Origin: Nemertoderma westbladi
Taxonomy: Eukaryota > Animalia > Xenacoelomorpha
Assembly: GCA_032718475.1 (NCBI GenBank)
Contig: JAUCBJ010001901.1
Span: 1 to 32,802 of the forward strand
Direction of reading: 5' to 3'
DNA: 32,802 nt
Part shown: positions 24,931-32,802 of the stretch, in pieces
How positions within the stretch are numbered: position 1 is the first letter of the stretch
How the letters are laid out: the number at the start of each line of letters is the position of its first letter
Notes under the pieces: generated by a model
What the model was told of the DNA's origin: nothing
The model's input: only the letters and a program-made list of their open reading frames with translations
Database searches by the model: none
Position numbers and translations under genes: made by a program

Positions 24931-25362
24931 AAAAAATAACGACATGAGGTAGTAAACTTGTTACATAAACAGTAATTGTTACGTAAACATAATACTGTAC
25001 AGGTACATAAACTTGTTCTAGACCTACTTCCATAGACATTATGATGTGGATCTAACTTGCACATGGAAATTGAACTGTGACTGTACTCAGATGAATTGCA
25101 ATCTACGCACACTGAACCTGAATTATCTGCTTACCTGATGCCAATCAATATAAGAAAAAATAATCAAATAATAATAATAATTTTAAAAAACTCCCGTAAT
25201 GTGCAGTATTCTATTTCTCATTCACATTTTATCTCAACTGTCAGTTTTTGGTACGAAATTTAAAATATTTTTTAAATTGTACTTATTTTGCAGGTTTTAA
25301 ATGGTTTTTGTTTTTAGATTATTTTATCGTAAGTAATTACAAAATACTTTTAAAATGTGCCA

Positions 25363-25850
25363 AGCGTCTACTCGACTATTACTTTAGCGTCTACTCGACT
25401 ATTACTTAGCGTCTACTCGACTATTACTTAGCGTCTACTCGACTATTACTTAGCGTCTACTCGACTATTACTTAGCGTCTACTCGACTATTACTTTAGCG
25501 TCTACTCGACTATTACTTAGCGTCTACTCGACTATTACTTAGCGTCTACTCGACTATTACTTAGCGTCTACTCGACTATTACTTAGCGTCTACTCGACTA
25601 TTACTTAGCGTCTACTCGACTATTACTTTAGCGTCTACTCGACTATTACTTAGCGTCTACTCGACTATTACTTAGCGTCTACTCGACTATTACTTAGCGT
25701 CTACTCGACTATTACTTAGCGTCTACTCGACTATTACTTAGCGTCTACTCGACTATTACTTAGCGTCTACTCGACTATTACTTAGCGTCTACTCGACTAT
25801 TACTTAGCGTCTACTCGACTATTACTTAGCGTCTACTCGACTATTACTTA
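25363..25850. repeat. 22-bp minisatellite, 22 copies
   Basis: Unit agcgtctactcgactattactt; three copies carry an extra T. Confidence 0.97.
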
Positions 25851-26484
25851 TCTTGCTTGTTTTAAATCTAACTAACCTCTCGGTTCCTAATAAATCATAC
25901 ATAATATATTATATTTAATTTATTTTAATTACTTATCCAGCTGCATTTAATATGTATTTAGATTGTCTCCCTGCTAACCAGACACGCTACACATTATTAT
26001 ACCAAACGTTTGTTTATATGCTTGAATCATGTTGACATGTTTTTTTTCTAAACTTGTTTTAATCAACATGTTATTTTAACATCTAAATAACATAATATCC
26101 AATCATGTTATAATCAAACATTTGTTGATCACGTTTTTATGATACCTAAATGTAACATGTTTTATCATGTAATTATTTAACATTTGTTTTACACGTTATT
26201 GTGTAACATAAATCATACATGTTTATTCCAGCTGTTTGTTAAATGCTACTTTGTCGTGTTGAACAAACGTCCTGCACATCATTGCCAATATGTCTTAAGG
26301 CTGTTTGAATAAACCGCCTAAAATTTACCGCCAAATTCGTTTATAGGCCTATAAATCATGCAGCAGTGCATGCAGTACTGCAGTACATCAGTCAGTCAGT
26401 CAGTCAGTAGACACTCCACTGCCTGCCCCAGCCTACCAGCACCCACTCAGCCACATTCTGAGAGCTTGACAGTAGTGCTGCAGG

Positions 26485-27283
26485 ACATGAGAGTAAAAAC
26501 CCAAGCGATCATTTTGTGAACATCCAATGATATTGCCTGTTTTATAAATGCTTTAAGTTGTTATGGGATGTTCTGTTTGATTGGTTGTTGTGTGATTTAC
26601 TTGCTAATCTTGGCCAGTATTAAATGCACTAAATCAACAAGCGATCAATGTAACTTAGTAGTTTACATTTAAATATTAGCAGTATGCCGGTAGCTCTACA
26701 TGTACTCTCAGACTCTAACACACTTACCTATGACGCTATGAGTGATTGTTTGCAGTGACTGACGTAATAATGAAAGAATGCAGGAATGTACTTAAGAATA
26801 TAATACAATTGATGGACTCTTCCTCTAGGTTCTAGGATAGAGCTGTAGAGGCCAGGCCTCTTTACAGCTTTAATCTTTGTAAAATACTGTCATATCGTAC
26901 AATACAGCAGTAACTGGACATTTAATGTAGGTAAATAATATGTAATACAGATATAATATAAATAATACTTTCCCTCACTTAATAATTATCATTGCTAATT
27001 CGCCGGGATGTGCTTTTAATTCACCAAGATATGTTTTCGAAAATCCCCCCCCCCCCCCCCCCCCTCCATCATGCCTCCTGTGAAACATATTGACTCCTAC
27101 TGTATATCTGTACACATTGATCAGTGCTTGTTGATTTAGTGTATTTAATACTGGCCAAGATTAGCAAGTAAATCACATAACAACCAATCAAACAGAACAT
27201 CCCATAACAACTTAAAGCATTTATAAAACAGGCAATATCATTGGATGTTCACAAAATGATCGCTTGGGTTTTTACTCTCATGT
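26485..27283. mobile_element. 799-bp non-autonomous element with ~167-bp TIRs and a perfect 9-bp TSD (Mutator/MULE-like)
   Basis: 26485-26651 is the reverse complement of 27114-27283 (2 substitutions, one 3-bp indel). TGCTGCAGG lies at 26476-26484 and 27284-27292. Confidence 0.88.
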
Positions 27284-28696
27284 TGCTGCAGGTAGGCAGT
27301 GTGTAGGCCAGCTGTTTACTGGTTTAAGTGCTGCAATAGGGTTGACCATACTGCCATATGTTTGTTTACTGCCGTATGCCTATATTAACTGTTTAAGTTA
27401 TTTTTAATTAAGCTTCATACTGCCTGACTGTCATATAAACTGATAAATCTTTTTATATTATACATTATATGTTATATAGGCCTACATAACATATATAATA
27501 CATAATACTGTAATATATGTCATATACATTATATATTATTTATGTACATTATATAGGCCTAGCAGCCTAGCCTAATTGTATTGTAATACCAGAATACAGT
27601 AATATGTCTGTATGTAATGCAGTCAGGCAGTGCAGTGCCAGTAATTCGATGACGACGACAGTTTAGATTGGGCTCTGTCTTCCTGGCGCTGGTTGGTCGA
27701 AACAACAGGCAAGCGGCAAGGGCTGCACTGGCAGACTGGCTGACTGGAAAAATATTATGGCCTCCTCGAAATGCCGGCCTACTACCGGTACAGCGGTACG
27801 TTGGAAAGAATTTTCGAATCCAGATCTTCTGTCAACTGTCAAGTTGGCCCACATTTAATGCGAAGGTTCTTCACTTAACAGGTTTGTATTGAACTTGAAT
27901 AGGCTTCTTACACATCGTTATTTCAGTGATTCAAGTGATTAAAATCCTAATCCTGTAATCTATTTGGATCAAATAGAGGGAAAAAGCGCCGGCGGTCGGA
28001 AGTAAATTACACATGCCAGCATGCGGTCCCAGGCAGCCAGCTAAAGATACGCATCAGATTCTGGCGATGAGGTTATTATTTTACTTACTACTACTGTACT
28101 AGGCCTTGCTGTTAGGTTAGGCCCACTTGGTACTTTGGGCCGTTTATAAATCGTCAGATCGTGCATATGCTTAAACTGTAATTTAAAATAAAACATGCCT
28201 TACTCTGGCTATCTATGGTAGGTAAGTAAATGTTTGCTTTATTTTTTACTCATTTCCTCTTTATAAACCAGTCCCCAGTGCAGTGGTAATGTGAAACAGT
28301 CTGTGATGGGTTGTGGTGACTTGTGCACGTTGATCTAATTGCTCCAATGCTATATGTATATATATTATTATCATTTTAGGTGGAATATATGAGCGACAAT
28401 GAATCCAATCATGTTTCCAATACGATACTCACACTGATTACCCAGACAACTAACAATACGTTGATCATTGATACTCAGAGGTGAGTTGTGATACCGCCTC
28501 TCCCTCTATCTACAACCTAACCCTATTCTAAGACAACACTAAACTCTAGACTTACCTAACCAAACCCTTTCACCAAGCTACCACTATATATCCCATGGCG
28601 ATATTTTCTCGAAATATTTTCCAGTCTCGATGTTTTATATATCGAGACGCTTTTTTATACTTTTGGAAGCAGAGACAGAAGTTGGGCGAGACAGAA

Positions 28697-30472
28697 GTCA
28701 CAGCCACTCAAAGCTATGTTACAACCACTCAATGCTATGTCACAGCCACTCAACGCTATCTCACAGGCGCTCAATGCCATGTCACAGCCACTCAATGCAA
28801 TGTCACAACCACTCAATGCTATGTCACAGCCGCTCAATGCTATGTCACAGCCGCTCAATGCTATGTCACAGCCACTCAAAGCTATGTCACAGACACTCAA
28901 CGCTATGTCACAGCCACTCAACACTATCTCACAGGCGCTCAATGCCATGTCACAGCCACTCAATGCAATGTCACAACCACTCAATGCTATGTCACAGCCG
29001 CTCAATGCTATGTCACAGCTGCTCAATGCTATGTCATACCCACTCAACGCTATGCCACAGCCACCCAACGCTATGTCACAGCCACAGCCACTCAACGCTA
29101 TCTCACAGGCGCTCAATGCCATGTCACAGCCACTCAACGCTATGTCACAACCACGCAATGCTATGCCACAGCCACCCAACGCTATGTCACAGCCACTCAA
29201 CGCTATGTCACAGCCGCTCAATGCTATGTCACAGCCACTCAACGCTATGTCACAGCCACCCAACGCTATGTCACATCACACCACCCAACGCTATGTCACA
29301 GCCGCTCAATGCTATGTCACAGCCGCTCAATGCTATGTCACAGCCGCTCAATGCTATGTCACAGCCGCTCAATGCTTTGTCACAGCCACTCAAAGCTATG
29401 TCACAGCCACTCAACGCTATGTCACAGTTACTCAACGCTATGTCACAGCCACTCAACGCTATGTCACAGCCAATCAACGCTAGCCACCCAACGCTATGTC
29501 ACAGCCAATCAACGCTATGTCACAGCCACTCAACGCTATGTCACAGCCACTCAACGCTATGTCACAGCCAATCAACGCTAGCCACCCAACGGCCAATCAA
29601 CGCTAGCCACCCAACGCTATGTCACAGCCAATCAACGCTATGTCACAGCCACTCAATGCTATGCCACAGCCACCCAACGCTATGTCACAGTCACCCAACG
29701 CTATGTCACAGCCAATCAACGCTAGCCACCCAACGCTATGTCACAGCCACTCAAAGCTATGTCACAGCCACTCAACGCTATGTCACAGCCAATCAACGCT
29801 ATGTCACAGCCACTCAATGCTATGCCACAGCCACCCAACGCTATGTCACAGCCGCTCAATGCTATGTCACAGCCACTCAACGCTATGTCACAGCCAATCA
29901 ACGCTAGCCACCCAACGCTATGTCACAGCCAATCAACGCTATGTCACAGCCACTCAATGATATGTCACAGCCGCTCAATGCTTTGTCACAGCCACTCAAA
30001 GCTATGTCACAGCCACTCAAAGCTATGTCACAGCCACTCAACGCTATGTCACAGCCAATCAACGCTATGTCACAGCCACTCAATGCTATGCCACAGCCAC
30101 CCAACGCTATGTCACAGCCGCTCAATGCTATGTCACAGCCGCTCAATGCGTCACAGCCGCTCAATGCTTTGTCACAGCCACTCAAAGCTATGTCACAGCC
30201 ACTCAACGCTATGTCACAGTTACTCAACGCTATGTCACAGCCACTCAACGCTATGTCACAGCCAATCAACGCTAGCCACCCAACGCTATGTCACAGCTAA
30301 TCAACGCTATGCCACAGCCACTCAATGCTATGCCACAGCCACCCAACGCTATGTCACAGTCACCCAACGCTGGCCACCCATCGCTGGCCACCCAACGCTG
30401 TGTCACAGTCACCCAACGCTGGCCACCCATCGCTGGCCACCCAACGCTATGTCACAGCGACAGCCACTCAAC
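28697..30472. repeat. 21-bp minisatellite, about 80 units, degenerate
   Basis: Unit gtcacagccactcaacgctat, with shorter derivative units (gctagccacccaac) toward the right end. Confidence 0.96.
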
Positions 30473-30645
30473 AATTCCCCATTTATTTTTATTTAGGTTT
30501 ACATCTAGTAGATAATTTATTGTAGATGATGAAGTCTTAGTCTAATATAATCGTAGTCCGAGCCTTATATTTTTTTAACACATAAATAAATTAATTTTCC
30601 AGATCCAAGATACGGGAAAGTTATTCCACTTTGCTAGCGACGGAT

Positions 30646-31257
30646 ATCCTTGGTGGAACGGACTCCGGATTCAGTGATATCGACGGATCCTTGGTGGAAC
30701 GGACTCCGGATTCAGTGATATCGACGGATCCTTGGCGGAACGGACTCCGGATTCAGTGATATCGACGGATCCTTGGTGGAACGGACTCCGGATTCAGTGA
30801 TATCGACGGATCCTTGGCGGAACGGACTCCGGATTCAGTGATATCGACGGATCCTTGGCGGAACGGACTCCGGATTCAGTGATATCGACGGATCCTTGGT
30901 GGAACGGACTCCGGATTCAGTGATATCGACGGATCCTTGGCGGAACGGACTCCGGATTCAGTGATATCGACGGATCCTTGGCGGAACGGACTCCGGATTC
31001 AGTGATATCGACGGATCCTTGGTGGAACGGACTCCGGATTCAGTGATATCGACGGATCCTTGGCGGAACGGACTCCGGATTCAGTGATATCGACGGATCC
31101 TTGGCGGAACGGACTCCGGATTCAGTGATATCGACGGATCCTTGGCGGAACGGACTCCGGATTCAGTGATATCGACGGATCCTTGGTGGAACGGACTCCG
31201 GATTCAGTGATATCGACAGATCCTTGGCGGAACGGACTCCGGATTCAGTGATATCGA
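30646..31257. repeat. 41-bp minisatellite, ~15 copies
   Basis: Unit ggatccttggYggaacggactccggattcagtgatatcgac; almost invariant apart from a T/C site. Confidence 0.97.
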
Positions 31258-31401
31258 TGCGGCTGAAACTGAATGATCAATGTAACTGAAAACTCCCCGT
31301 GACGTCCCAACATTGTTGTTTTAATTGTAATTTGTTTTATCGTAAATGTTAATTGTTGTCTATTTTACAATGTATTGCCCCGGGGTGGGGGGTGGGGGGG
31401 G

Positions 31402-31627
31402 GGGGAAACTGGACGCAATAAAAATTCATCCCTCTCCAGGGGAAATTCGACGCAAATAACAGCTGATTATCTCTCAAAAATAAAACTGTAACCTGTTCTA
31501 TTGTGTTTAGTTTATTGTTTTGGTTAAAATAATGTGCCACTGTAACCTGCTCCTTTCCCTAAATTGAGAATTTAACATTGAGGCGGGATATTAATTCGCC
31601 AAGATGAGATTTGCGTCCAGTTACCCC
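31402..31627. mobile_element. Possible small MITE remnant
   Basis: GGGG-A-AACTGGACGCAA (31402-31418) is inverted relative to TTGCGTCCAGTT-A-CCCC (31611-31627); no TSD established. Confidence 0.35.
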
Positions 31628-32802
31628 CCTTGTCTCCAATTTTGGAACATTGAAGTGAACAGGGAAATTTTTGCAACTATTTATTATATTTCAATATTGG
31701 ATAATAATTTCCTTTGTGCTCTGATGGATAGCCCATAAAATTTTAGGAAAAGTCACAGAATCTCGGTTTTCACAACATATCTGTTTCAAAGATACAGATT
31801 AATTTCAAAAAAATTTAAATGACCCTCACCCACCCCCCCCCCCCCCCCCCCAGGCCAAATAGCGTTAAAGAAGGCTGCGGTTGGTCTATATTATTACAGT
31901 TCAAATGGAATTTTGTTTCATTTTTGTATATACAGTACAATTTTACTTAAAGTTTGTGCAATGCAGTTCATTTGTTTAATAGGTGTTGTTGTTATTGTGA
32001 ACAATAACACTAGTTTTTAGGTGGTTAAGTTGTGCTGTACTGGCTACTACTACCTTGTGCTTAATAATATTCATGTTTTACACATAAATTATCTTCTTAA
32101 TTCGAACAATTGCATACCATGGGAACAATCCGGTGGTCGAATCAATGGATGACCAAATTAGTGTAGAGAATAACGATTTACAACGTTTAAAACAAACGTT
32201 TTCTTTGCATTAAAAAAACGTATATTTCCAAGCAATTTCGAAAGAACCGACGCATGATTCACGTTAGTTACACATGCTAGACACACGTTTAATTCAAACG
32301 TCATAAAGAACCGGCGATTGGGTAACGTTTGTTTCATGCTATTTACACGTTTACTTCTAAACGTTTATTACATGCCACCCGCTTGGACAAAATAACATGA
32401 AAATTACCTATTTCTGGACGTGTCGCAAACGTTTTTTCAAACGTTTGCCATGTTCAATAAAAATGTGATATAAACGTTAAAATAACATGCAATTGTTATC
32501 AGGGTATTAATTATATTTTTATCGGCATGGTGATGCAATATAGTTTAATTTCTCGCTATACGTACTGTACAATATGTCGATTATTATCACTATGTAAATC
32601 CTTAATAATAATAATAATAATAATAATGGTTTTCACTTTCAGACATTTCGCCCTCTAGCGGAAAACTTTGGAATTATAGATGGAGCAGTGTCGCGTCTCT
32701 TCAGAGACACAGACAGTGGGTCTATGCCAATAAGTTTTAGGGCCGAGCTTTAGTTGAGTTTATACGGATTAAAATCACGGAGATGGGAGAAGGATTTCCA
32801 TA

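Larger units (their letters stand above)
27604..31276 (+). pseudogene. Decayed spliced gene resembling the N-terminus of transposon-associated DUF4806/BEN-type proteins
   Basis: Across frameshifts 27604-27881 reads FDDDDSLDWALSSW..KILWPPRN..QRYV..NPDLLS-SWPTFNAKVLHLT|gt. Further exon-like blocks lie at 27927-28071, 28380-28480 (ttttag|...AG|gtgagt) and from 30603 (ttttccag|); the last two join in frame. Family call is from recalled motif pattern only. Confidence 0.4.
25969..32504. mobile_element. Possible ~6.5 kb CACTA/EnSpm-like element (CCC...GGG termini)
   Basis: CCCTGCTAAC (25969-25978) and GTTATCAGGG (32495-32504) form a 9/10 inverted match. Both ends have ~300 bp rich in AAACGTT/AACATGTT-type subterminal words. 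No matching TSD seen (ct vs ta). Confidence 0.4.

Noticed and set aside
28595-30525. Long ORFs with VTATQRY / MSQPLNA / LCHSHST / GCDIALS repeats
   Set aside because: They are by-products of a 21-bp (multiple of 3) stop-poor minisatellite open in several frames on both strands, with frequent frame-breaking short units. The array also lies in a putative intron.
6458-31851. Poly-C/poly-G runs (near 6458, 18925, 27045, 31382, 31833) as G-quadruplex regulatory elements
   Set aside because: Homopolymer runs are common in such genomes, their length is unreliable in assemblies, and there is no positional pattern.

Overview
AT-rich, repeat-dense eukaryotic (metazoan invertebrate-like) genomic DNA, not prokaryotic. 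The one intact host gene is a complete minus-strand KDEL receptor (KDELR/ERD2) with five coding exons: 22087-22177, 18493-18752, 17839-17953, 17367-17504 and 7671-7705. They total 639 nt (212 aa plus stop) and all junctions are GT-AG and in phase. Its last intron is almost entirely a ~9.5 kb 23-bp satellite. Its third intron (334 nt) is built almost entirely from tandem copies of the flanking exon ends, giving 2 donors and 5 acceptors. The left end holds a decayed Academ-type (DDE + XPG/FEN1-like nuclease) transposase. The right half holds a decayed RTE LINE 3' fragment, non-autonomous TIR elements (one with a perfect 9-bp TSD), a possible CACTA-like element carrying a decayed spliced gene, and three more minisatellites. 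Roughly 43% of the window is tandem repeat. The region 21.6-28.1 kb is strongly enriched in TA-(3-4 nt)-TA words (TACWGTA, TAGGCCTA, TACCGGTA) that resemble transposon excision footprints. All counts and alignments were made by eye.
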